Part shown: piece after piece, positions 11,553 through 23,015 of the stretch
How positions within the stretch are numbered: the first letter of the stretch is position 1
Layout of the letters: each line of letters opens with the position of its first letter
Source of the DNA: Lama glama
Lineage: Eukaryota
DNA: 64,000 nt
Assembly: GCA_028534125.1 (NCBI GenBank)
Contig: CM052817.1
Coordinates: 103,046,001 to 103,110,000, forward strand
Direction: 5' to 3'
The notes under the pieces: generated by a model
Database searches by the model: none
What the model was told of the DNA's origin: nothing
The model's input: only the letters and a program-made list of their open reading frames with translations
Program-made: the position numbers and the translations under genes

Positions 11553-12740
11553 AGAGTTCATATTTTAAGCCCATATAACCTGGGAGGCAAGCTTTACTTC
11601 CTAAATACTCTGACAGAAATGTAATTGAAAGACTCAACAGTGAGGAGATTCAAATGATGAACATAATTGTGGAAGAAAAGAGGGATGCAGGAAACTGTGG
11701 TTAACTTCTACTTAATGGTGCCTCCAGGTTCATCTTTGGAACTTGTTCTCTACCATTTGGAGCATTTGGAAATACTTCTGATGGTAAGGTACTCAAAAGA
11801 TCATCTCACAAGATTTTTGAATTTTAGGGTTAAAATCAGGAAAAACCAAGGGAAAAAAAAAAGCACAGGTACATATATGCACACACAGCGTTATAACCTG
11901 TATAACCAGTACTGGCAAGTCTTTGAAGGCCAACTCCATAAAGTAACAATACTGACCAAAACCCAAGTCATCCCATGAGGAGATATAATTCAATAAACAA
12001 AAGAAAATTTACTATGTGGACAATTTAACAGAATTTCAAGTGGAATAAAGTACATAGCATCTATTTTTTTTCTTATTTCCTAGTTTTCATTCAAATCAGT
12101 GGTCTCTAAAGGAGGATATGGAAGAGCATCTCCTGGGATGAAAAGAGAACATCTGTTTATACTTATTTTTAATTTTAAAATATGAAGAAATCAAGCTTTA
12201 CTTATATTTAAACTATAGAGTTGTGTCTATCATTTATGAATTAAAAAGTATATATTGATATACTTACTCATACTATTTTTATTTATATAAATGCATGATC
12301 AGAAAAATTTGGAAGCCTGATTTAATAAAAATAATTTAATTACTTTTTTCTTTCTTGTGAAAGCACATACCTTTATAGTTCCCAGGTACCTGAACTTTAG
12401 ATGGATTTAAATTATATGGTATATAAAATATTCATTTGAATATGGGTATAAATTATATAAAAAGTCTTGAGATGCATCTTTTGGGTCATTGTTGGCTAAT
12501 TCTGGTTCACATGCTCAAAAAGCAAATAATTCAATTGTATGATATTTACATAAGAAGCTTCCAACATGTCACATCTCTAACACAATATCTTCCAACAAAA
12601 TCATACTCTAACCATTTAGTAGTTTAGAAAATATAGGAAAAAGAAAAGATAACTTCAGTAATTTCTTCAACTTTCATAAAAAGTCAGTGTTTACTAATGT
12701 TACATATAGGACATCCTGTAATTTAAATATTGTTGTCCAA

Positions 12741-12920
12741 TAAACAAGATTATATGGTATAGCACAGGGAAATATATACAAGATCTTGTGGTAGCTCACA
12801 GCGAAAAAATGTGACAATGAATATATGTATGTTCATGTATAACTGAAAAATTGTGCTCTACACTGAAATTTGACACAACATTGTAAAATGACTATAACTC
12901 AATAAAAAAGTTTAAAAAAA
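12741..12920 (+). mobile_element. Young 5'-truncated L1 3' end (~180 bp)
   Basis: ...GTGCTCTACACTGAAATTTGACACAACATTGTAAAATGACTATAACTCAATAAAAAAG plus A-tail. 17-bp TSD TAAATATTGYTGTCCAA at 12724-12740 and 12921-12937. Confidence 0.93.
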
Positions 12921-13527
12921 TAAATATTGCTGTCCAAAACACAGGAGTTATTGGATTCCATGTATGATCTAAATTCTCTTTCCCTCCTTGACATTCCGTA
13001 ATTCACTACAGAAGAATGTGAAAAATAATCTGGAGACTTGTTCTAAGAATTGTCCAATGACTTTTATGGGCAGGCACTTGCATTAAAGCCCAGTCAAATA
13101 GCTATCTTCAGAGGTAGTGTCAAGACTAATTGATGTGTCCTGGTCAAACACTGGGAGTGCCACAAACATTTTATTTTGATCAAGAGTTCAAGTACAGAAG
13201 TAGGAGAAATAATCTGTGTTTTCTGCCTGCCACCATCCCTCCCCATTCTTCTACTGCAAAATCCTTCTTTTCATTGTATGTATTACCTTCTTTGGTGTTT
13301 GGGTCTGTTATCCATAAAAGAATTTGTTCTCTCCTTCCACAGAAGTGGGCACATAACTTGAGCTGTGCAGAGTACTTAAAATGCCTGGACATATTAATTA
13401 GTCCAGATGGATAATTGGTGAAAGGTCATGGAGAGCCATTTGTAGGTTTGAATTAAATGCTGGGGACTAAAGAAGAATTTCTTTTTCCTCTGAGATTATC
13501 AGTTCTGAGGACTGTGTAAGACTGTTT

Positions 13528-13595
13528 ACATATATACATATGTTTATACTCTGTATATATATATATACATATGTGTATATATATGTATATATATA
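13528..13595. repeat. (TA)-rich imperfect microsatellite
   Basis: Read directly. Confidence 0.85.
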
Positions 13596-14859
13596 ACCTC
13601 CAAATAGCCTGAAATCAATCACATGACTGGCTACACTCAATGAGTATGTCAAACATGCGACTGTTATGCATTATATGTCTGAATTCACACACACCAATAC
13701 ACACGTCTCATAGTATTGCCCTAATGTAGCTTAACAGAGAGTACTACATGGAGCTATTTATCCAACAAGCATAATTGACAGATCAACAACAACAAATGCT
13801 TGAATTTCCTCCAGTAATACCCACCCATTGGACAACCAGTTTATTTCTCCTTTGACATTTGAAAATGTTCTTCCCTTCAAATTTTTTATTGTCCACTATA
13901 TACTATAGCTTCTCCTAAGCCATACAATATTAAAAAAAAAAAAGAATCCGAATTTTCACAGTATTTTGTGACTTAATAGCTTTTATAGGCTGACGTTCAC
14001 AGAATAGAAATTATCATTGATCCAAAAAAAAAAAGAAATCAAATATTTGTTCAAGCCTTTAGTCAGTTTGAAATATTTTATGAATCAACTAAATAAACAC
14101 TTTACTTTGAAGAAAGTCAGCAAATGACTTCACCTTTTCTTAGATTATCTATTACTGGCATTTTTTTAAAGAATAGAGTCTAGAAGGAGCATTCCTTTAA
14201 AAGAGAAATAATAGAAGGAGTAAAATCTTCATATCTTTCTCAGTAGTAAAAGCTGATTATTCTATTTACTTCTTTCTGCTATAATGTATTATTAAAAATG
14301 GAAGGACATTGTTAATGGCATGTACTGTATTAATAGCATTGTAGGATCCCATTTATTTTGCTTTAAGGAGAGTTTATTTCATCTGGGGCCAACTTGAAAA
14401 ACCTTTCCGAGGCCATCAGCACGTTAGCTTTCTTCATATTAGATAAAAGCAAGGACACTGCATGTACACATTGATCCAGGGTTATTCAAAGACTGGATTG
14501 GGGAAGAGAGAATTTCCTTCCTTGTTACAGAGTAACTTTTATATCATATTAATACTGTCAAAATCTTCAAAGAAAGCCCTTTATAAATGGAGAATGTCAG
14601 TGGAAAATTTTTACCTTTTTTGAGGTATAAACTGAAAAGGTAGTGACAAAGTTTTATCAGAACAAAAATAAAATAAAATAAAAATAAAATTTAATGTCAA
14701 CTTTAAGTGCCAATGTATTCTAGAGTGCAAATAGTGACAACTGAATTTAAACCATAACAGTTGCTCAAGTAGCTTTAATTTCTTATTTGTAATTCATAAG
14801 TTGTAGGTTAGTATATACTATTTACTTAGAGTACTAACTGTATGGCTCCCAAGAAATAC

Positions 14860-15068
14860 TTTTCTGGCAAAATTGTTTTTATTTATATGGTCAGACAGTA
14901 AATATTTTAGGCTCTGTGAGGTACCCAGTCTCTTCTAAACTCTGCCATGTAGTGTGAGAGTATCCATAGATAACACACAAACAAATGTGTATGTTCCAAT
15001 AAAACTTTATTTACAAAATCATGTGATGGGCCAGATTTCATCCACAGGTTGCCGTTTGCCAAATCCTG
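14860..15068. mobile_element. MER58A-type hAT-Charlie MITE
   Basis: GTCAGACAGTAAATATTTTAGGCT...GTTCCAATAAAACTTTATTTACAAAA...GGGCCAGATTT...TTTGCCAAATCCTG. Confidence 0.85.
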
Positions 15069-16117
15069 CTCTATGCCAAACTCTAAATGGTCGCGTAAGC
15101 TTCTGAGAGTGGAACAGTTTGTATATCTTCTAAACAGAAATTTTCCTTAGCATCAGGTGAGTTCTCTTTCTAAATTTAAAAATAACATGTCTTAATCCAT
15201 TCTTTCCAAAAGATCTTCCCCTCAGGCCTATGTTTCTTACATGGAGAAGGAGAGAGAATATTTTTGAAGAAGAAAATGAGCATAATTGGTCATGTCTGAT
15301 TTAGCAGACTAATTCTGCTTCTGCCTGCCTTACATAGTTGAGCTCTTCAAAATTTCATTTAAAAAAGATTCTACTTTGAAAGACTGGAAAACCACTGCTC
15401 TAAACTACTTGTATAAGTGATATCTCTCCCTCTTTGCCACTCAAGGTCTACATATGTCCTAAGACCACAGGGACAGATGCCTCAAAGTTAAAAGTGAAGA
15501 AGACCTATACCTTTGTCCAACATCTTAGTAAAGAATCTTAGAGAGTCAAGAAATGACTGCAGGAGGTAGATGCTAGCGGTGCTAAGACAAGGACTGGTTT
15601 GTGGAAGTTTCCAAAGCAGCTCCCCTCACCCCATCAGATTTTAATTGCATCATGGAGCCAAGGCTGTAGCTATTAAGCAGTGCTCAGATCACATGTGACA
15701 GCCAAAACTAAGCAGACAAAGAGGGTGCTGAAAAGAGTGTAATGGGCCATGCAGACAGAGGGAGAGCTGAACAAGTACTTGGAGATAATTCTCACTGAAA
15801 GTTATGTAAAACTGGTAGGAGTAAATTGAGTTTCAAGCATCCTTCTGATTTGAGAAGGAAGCTACTATTATAATTTTGATAGGTCTGTAAATGGTGGCCA
15901 TTGTCCAAAGGCCATAACACATCAAGAATTCAGGATCTAAATTTTCCTTTTAGAGGGAATTGATATACCAAATGAATTGATCTATTTGGTAGAATGGCAG
16001 GCAAACAAGATAATTAGGTCACAACATGTAAAATTGTTCATTCACTTTACAGCCCTAAGACTCAGGGATTTTGGAAAAGAGTTACAAAACTGATACCCTG
16101 GGTAAATACAATGTTAT

Positions 16118-16684
16118 TGAGGTGGGAAGCCCCATAAAAAAGACCAGCAGGACCCCTAGGCAGGGCCACTACTCTCCTGCCAGCACCTTCCGGTTCCCTG
16201 GCCCAGAGGCTCTATCTCACTTTTTGCCTCTGAAACAGCTTACTTCTAGGAAAGTGGAACTTATCCTTAAAATTCTATTGGTTCCCTGAGCTCACTTCTG
16301 ATTGGTTATTTCCTTCACTCCTGATTGGTCCATTTCCCTAACTTCTGATTGGTCCATTTGTAGTACTTTATTTGCATGGAGCTTACTCCTAATTGATTAT
16401 TTCTCTCACTACTGATCGGTCCATTTCTACAAAGCTTGTTCCTAGTCAACTTTTGTTATACCTTATTTGCATATGACGTTGCAAAGTGTAAACTGGCAGC
16501 CTATAAAAACTTGTGTAAACCTACAAATAGGGGTCCAGAGCTTGGGGTGTTAACTCCTCTGGGCCTGTTGGCGTAATAAATCTGAGTTCTCCAACTCTCC
16601 GAGTGCTGCTTTGTCTCTCTCCTGGATCCAAGTTGCTGTAACACCGAGCTGTAACACTGAGCTGTAACACGTTTTTCTGCAACA
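16118..16684 (+). mobile_element. Solo ERV1-type LTR (567 bp)
   Basis: TG...CA ends, perfect 4-bp TSD TTAT (16114-16117, 16685-16688), ATTGG array, TATAAAA at ~16502, AATAAA at ~16575, three GCTGTAACAC repeats in U5. Confidence 0.92.
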
Positions 16685-18235
16685 TTATGACACAAATTTA
16701 TCACTTTCAGAGTCTGTCCATCTTTGGTTCTAGTATCCCACTCACTAACCTAATGCTTGTTTACCTTGTAAGAGAAGTCAAAACATGACATCTTGAGGTA
16801 GAGCAGTCTCTAAATATGACCCCCTGAAAATGGAGAGAATTCTCAACTGAACCAATGGAAGCTTCTTTTAATCTCAAGAACTGAATGAGAAAATCAAAGG
16901 AATGCTGATATGGTCTCACTTTAGAGCCACGATAGAAGGGAAGGCTCTGTAACTTCTATCCAAAGCACTAGATGTGTACTTTGGTTAAGTGCACCAAGTG
17001 AATGGTAAGACTTAGTCTTATGGTCTAAACAGAATCACTTTCTTTAAACATGAAGTATGAATTCAAGGAGAATGTAGTCTAATAACCCGAATTATCAGTA
17101 ATGTTCTATAAAACTATGTATTAGAATAAATACATAAATATAAACTGCCATTAACATATGTGCATTTTACATACATATGTATATTCATACATACACATAT
17201 TATATACGTACAGAGAGAGAATGAAAGCAAAGATTCCCAAACTGTCTGTTTTCATGGCAGTTCTTAGTGTTTCAGTAAATTGTCCATGGCACCCCTGGAT
17301 GGAAAGAAATGCCAGATAGTTCCATTTGTAACAAGTTAGGAATCAATAAAAAGCCAGCTTCATAAAGATCTGCACAAGAAAGGTAGCGTGATCCAACGCT
17401 GAAACTGTGAACTACCACGAGCATCACGTGGTGATCCAGTGGGGCAGAGTATTGCTGTGTTCCCCCTGAAAATGTATGCATGTCCTGGCGTTGCTCTCAG
17501 TTTGATGCGGAGACCTGGGCTGCCTCAGCACATAGTTCAGAAAGCACAGATTTAAAGCAAATCTAGGAACTATTTTCGTATCTAACCCACCACACAACAC
17601 TAGAGCCTAGCATTTCAATTGTCTCAGTCTCTGCTCAATCTTAAACTGACCATTTCCTCAGGTTTAATAAAGAGATCAACTTGAAATTGACTTTAATTTG
17701 AGGCGTCAAACAGAACCAACTGTTCTCTTAGACACTATCCGTTTAACCATCTTTCTTCTTCAGTGGGAGAGTCCCAAATGACTAGACACAATTTATCTGG
17801 GAAAAAGCTGCATTGGCCTTTTTAAGGTCACACTTAATATTTTTCATTTTTCCCCAGAGGCAAGGCTGAAGAAGCAGGTGCAAAATATTTTCCCCATTCT
17901 GAATACTTTCCTTGACTGAAGAATCTCAAGGACTAAATTTAATTGATTGAGAAAAATTTTAATTAATAATCCCTCACCACACAAATAGCTTGCCATTCAC
18001 ACGTGATTTCTTCATATGTTTATAACATGTTGTGAGATTTTAACAACCCTGACTGACAGAGAGATAACGGCTTCCTTTAGCCTCTGATTCTTCATCAAAT
18101 TAGACTCTTGCTAAAAAAAAAAACCTTAGATTATTTTCAAAGGATAAAATTTTTTTCTCTGCAAAATATAAGGAGAAGCATCCAATAACATTATTTAATA
18201 AGAAAAGAATCCTGTATGCTAGTAAAGGAAAGCTG

Positions 18236-18262
18236 TGTGTGCGAGTGTGTGTGTGTGTGTGC
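18236..18262. repeat. (GT)n microsatellite
   Basis: Read directly. Confidence 0.85.
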
Positions 18263-18511
18263 ATGGTACCTGCACACATGCATGCACAGGAGAGAGAATT
18301 GAGGGAGAGAAAGGAAAGACAGAGATTCATATTCCTTACAGGTATGTGAATGTGAACCTATTGTGACAATGTGAAGATGGCAAAAATGAGTGTAGGTAGA
18401 CAGGGAGGAAGTACGAATAATCGTTCAAAGTGTGAGCCAAACAGTTGTAGCAGGTCAAGAGATTTTCTCAAATCATTGGCAGCTTTCAGATGGATCTAAA
18501 GTGATTCAGTC

Positions 18512-18830
18512 TGTTGACCTGAAACAACCACCCTCCAGCAAAGATGGATTTACTTGGGATCAGCAGAGAATTGCAGTTTGGGGTCTGTCACCATGGTAAG
18601 CCCCGTGCAAGTTCCCACACAGTAAGAGGAGAGAACACTTTTGTAAAGAGGAAAAGTCGGGAGGGCATGAATGAGCAGAGTCCATGGCGTCTCATTGGCT
18701 GCGTCCTTTCCAGGAAAGGAAATCTGTCTTCTTCCTCTTGGGCTCAGCTATCATCACAGGGTATGAGAGCTCCCCATTCTGTTCTCCCAACTCTCTTCCA
18801 TTGAGGTTTCTGTTCACTGAATTTTTTCCA
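18512..18830 (-). mobile_element. Solo ERV1-type LTR (~320 bp)
   Basis: TG...CA ends (TGTTGACC...TTTTTTCCA), near-TSD AGTC/AATC, and an ATTGG on + (CCAAT on the minus strand) at ~18694. Confidence 0.7.
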
Positions 18831-20984
18831 AATCAAAACATGCTAAATACCAATGATAGCCAAGGGAAAACTGCAACTTTCCAAAGCAATCTGAATTAAA
18901 GTACATTATCCTTCCTCCACACATTTCTGGGAAGCTTATCACAACAGCAATCATGTGCATTATAAACAGTATCACCCTTCAGCAGGGCAGCTGGCTTCCT
19001 CCCATGCAGCGGTGTGATTTGAGACGACCCTCTGCTCCAGTAATTGGTAAGATGTTCTGCATTAACCTTTGCATGCATGCCCTCTCGAGGCTATGACAGG
19101 ATCCTGCTGCATTCACAATTAGTAAAAGTGCCCAAGGCAGCAACTTTGACAAGGACCATAGTACAGCCTAGGTTTGTATTGATAGTTCCTCTTCAATACA
19201 GTTAGGAGTGCACTGCCATCATCTATGAAATATATCAGGGCACAGAGATCAATAAATCACAGCAAATCATAAGAGTTTATGGGGAATTAATTACTGAGTT
19301 ACGTTGAAAATTTGAAACGTGCTAAAACTTAAATATGGTATTCATTACACACGGAAAGATGTTTGAAATTGATGTAAAAACATGACTACACTGCAGTCTA
19401 AACTTGAATCTCAATAAATACCTACATTTAAATGCTCGTAATAGTTACTGGATGTGTAGCAAAAATAAAGCCAGATGTCAGTGAAATGATCCCAGTGTGA
19501 GCTGTCTCCTCCCTAGCTATTTCCCTGGGACTACGTTACAGAGCTCCACATGGCAGGGAACCATTATACCCTGGCAGCAGGAACCACCCAGAAGAAACAG
19601 ATTCCTACATTTTCATTCTAATCCATTTGTAACTTCCTGGAAACAGTAGCAGTAGTATCGTAATAAATCCCAAAAGGTTTAACATGTAAGTATTCATGGT
19701 AATATCCCTTTTCTTCTGGTAAATCTAAAAGATGTCATGAAGAGTGATGACACTTTTAAAATGTTTTTTTTTTCCAAAGAATTTTCTAACCACAGAATTG
19801 CAGGGTTTGAAATAGCCATTATTGGTAAATATTTCTCTACTGATCTCTCTATTTCAAAGCCTTTCTGTGTGAAATGAAGACAATAATGGTGCCAAATTTA
19901 TAAGGTTATCACAAAGACTAACTGTGTTAGCACAGGACTGCTAGTCCTCAGATGTGTCTCAGAATTTAGAGCTATGATTCTTCTTTTAGGGAGATAATAT
20001 GGTACCTATGGCATGTGTTGTATAACGCTGCATTCAAACACAATATTTTATTTGCCTTAAGTGGGATAAGTAAAGATTATAAATTAAATGCTATCCATTC
20101 AGGACAGTTCTGGCCACCAGGTGCGTTCAGATCATACCCGGTCTTGCTGCTAACTGAGCAAAACACAAACTTTTTGAACTTTAGAATCAGAAATTGCAGT
20201 CCTGTATATGTAGAGCACTGAGACACAGCACAGTATGTGGCATATGGTCAACATTAAGCATGTGTTTTTCAATTGTTGTATTATTATTATTATCCAATTT
20301 GAAACTCAAGGAGGTAATATCTTCCTCCTTTCTTTTCTTCCTTTCTTCCTTCTCTCTCTCTAAATAAACAGAGATCTAGGCCGTTGTACTTATAAAGCAC
20401 AATTCTACATGATGAAATAATTTGCCACGGATAGTGCTTACATAAAATGCCATTCCTTTCCAGAGTTCTAAAAATACTACTTTAATGGCTGCATAAATTG
20501 TTTATCACCAGAAACAAAAATGATAGACTTTCTACAGCCATACTCAGCAGCTATCACCCATACATTTACAAGGTCAATAATTGAATTCAATTAGTAAGTA
20601 AATGGCAACCATTCTGATTGTGTCACTGTAATTGTTGCCATAATTTTGATTACAAAGGTTTCTCTTTCACTACTTGTAACAGAAAAAAATGTAGGATCCC
20701 GGAAGATTCTTCAGAGCTAAACAATTCTTAAAAATGAATACCGAAACACTACATGTTTAAGCTCACTTTGACATTTCCCAGAGTCTCCAAAAATGAGATT
20801 TTTAAACTTAATTTCTAAATCAATAACAGGGCTGATTGAAAAAAAAAGAAAAAGAACTAGGGTAGTACCCCATACCTATCCAGAGTACTGATCGAAACCC
20901 AATTCTTATTAAATAACATTTTAAAAGTTAAAAAGTATAAAATCTCAGCTATAATATAAATATAAATATCTCAGCTATAATATA

Positions 20985-21240
20985 AGTGACTCACAAGGGT
21001 ATACAGCATGGGGATTATAATTAATAACACTGTTTTATAAATATATATATAATTAATAACATTGTATATTGAAAGTTGCTAAGAGAGTAGATCTAAAAAG
21101 TTTTCATCACAAGAAAAAAATGTAATTATGTATGAGAGATGTTAATTAGACATATTGTGATCATTTTACAATATATATAAGTATCAAATCATTGTGTTGT
21201 ACACCTGAAACTAATATATGTCAATTATACTTAACTTTTG
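20985..21240 (+). mobile_element. L1MA-type 3' end
   Basis: GAAAGTTGCTAAGAGAGTAGATCTAAAAAGTTTTCATCACAAGAAAA...CAAATCATTGTGTTGTACACCTGAAACTAATAT. Confidence 0.88.
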
Positions 21241-22309
21241 AAAATCCCTATTAAATGACATTTTATACTTAAGAGGTGAAAATCTTCAAAGCATTCCCAA
21301 TTAATTCCATAAGAAAGTTACATATGTTTGGTCCAAATTTGTACAGGGAAAAACCCTTGAGGCAAAATGCTATGCTTTTTAAAGCGTAACAATCAATTAT
21401 GCCCCCGGCTTTCTCTAAATCCAGTTCTAACTTCGAAATAGGACAGACCCTTCTACTGAAAATGTTTTCACCACTTTTCCCAGTTGTTCAACTGCTGTCC
21501 TAACATTGCTAAGATCTAATTAAAAGACTAACCTGGAGATTGTTTTGCATTTGTAACTAATTTTTAATACAATCCTGTATAAAATGGGAGATAATAACTC
21601 TTATCACCTAGAATTACTGTGTGGGCCCAATTTGATTTCAAAAAATGGTTAATTTCAATTAGCTACTATTTGCCCAATAAAGACATGTAAGGGGTTGTGT
21701 AACCTGTTAAGCAATATACAATAATAACATTATTTACCCTTAATTTAATGCAAATAAAGTGAGGGAAAAATTAGTGTAGAGAATCACATTTATACATTTG
21801 TCTTAGGTAGTGAGCCATGCCAGATTCATCTTAAAATTCTTTGATTAAAATCCACAAGAGCCATTTATAAACCATTTTCTAAACAGCTAGACAATTTTGC
21901 ATATATTTTTACTCACTTAGCAAAACCCTTAAGGAGAAAGTTTCTAAAGGAGAATAAATATCATCCAGAGTTATGACCAAACCACCCCTCACTAGAGAGG
22001 TCCTAGGCCTTGGTGTCAGGATGCTGTGTGACTTCCTAGGTTCTTCCTTGTGTAAGCAACGTGCCTCCCTGGAGAAGAGACCCAAATTTGCCTAAGGTCC
22101 CAGGGTGTCTCTAGATCAAGCAACTGGGCTGAGCCCATCCCCAGAGTTGAATCAGGTTTTATCCTCAGGTAGGACTAGAATCACCCACTCCACTGAGGAT
22201 CACCACTGCACTATTGCTGAGCCACAGTGTGACTAGAGATGCAACAGAAATGAACAGAACAGAGCAACACAACACAGCCCATGTGGTACACTCAACAAAA
22301 ACTGTTCAA

Positions 22310-22680
22310 AAAAAATGGCAAGTGGCAGAATATATATAGTATTTTATGTACATGTTATTTAAAATATGCAGAACATTATATTTCATATGGATGTATACAT
22401 ATATAATGAAAGTATAAAGATATAAATAAGAATGACCAAGAGCAAATTTAGCATGGCTGTATCTCTGGAAAGACAGAGACACAAATGACATCAGGGAAGG
22501 GACACAGAGGGTTCAAACCAAATCTAAGATATTTTATTTCTTTATAATCAAGATCTGATTTAACTATGGCAAATGCTAACGTTTGTTCAAACTAAGTATG
22601 GATAATCATATGCACATGTTTTTATTAATTGTTATACTTTTATGTTGAAATATTTCATAATTTTAATTTTAAAAAATAAT
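22310..22680 (+). mobile_element. Ancient L1ME-type 3' end
   Basis: AACTATGGCAAATGCTAACGTTTG...TACTTTTATGTTGAAATATTTCATAAT followed by an A-rich end. Confidence 0.6.
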
Positions 22681-22829
22681 GGGTGTGCATGATGGGGAAA
22701 AAAAAGAAATAGCATGCTACCAAGGTATGTTCTCTTGGAAACTGGCAGCTTATTACACACACTCTGATTTCCTAGTAATCTCTGTAACAGCAAATTTTTC
22801 TGAAGGCTGAAAAAAATGCTAATATCAAA

Positions 22830-23015
22830 CACTCAGTATGACTCTGTCCTATATGCTTGTATTTAATCATCCTCAAAATTTTGTGATGTAGTTATTATGA
22901 CCACCATTTTGCAGGGAAGGAAATTCAGACGCAAAGTAATTTGCTCAAGGCCATACAGCGTGACAGGGCTGAGCTTCAAATCCGTAGTGGTGTGGACCCA
23001 GAGCCCGTTCTCTGC
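22830..23015 (-). mobile_element. MIR SINE
   Basis: CCATTTTGCAGGGAAGGAAATTCAGACGCAAAGTAATTTGCTCAAGGCCATACAGC. Confidence 0.75.

Noticed and set aside
10395..11561. AGTTCAT at both ends of the L1 as a TSD
   Set aside because: The left copy matches normal L1 3' UTR sequence, so the 7-bp match may be coincidental.
12095..12320. Possible hAT MITE (CAGTGGTCTCTAAA...TTTGGAAGCCTG)
   Set aside because: Only TIR-like ends are visible; the interior is too degenerate to support a call.
16290..16430. Regularly spaced CTGATTGG repeats as a CRISPR-like array
   Set aside because: Eukaryotic context, units of ~23 bp without unique spacers, and located inside an LTR U3.
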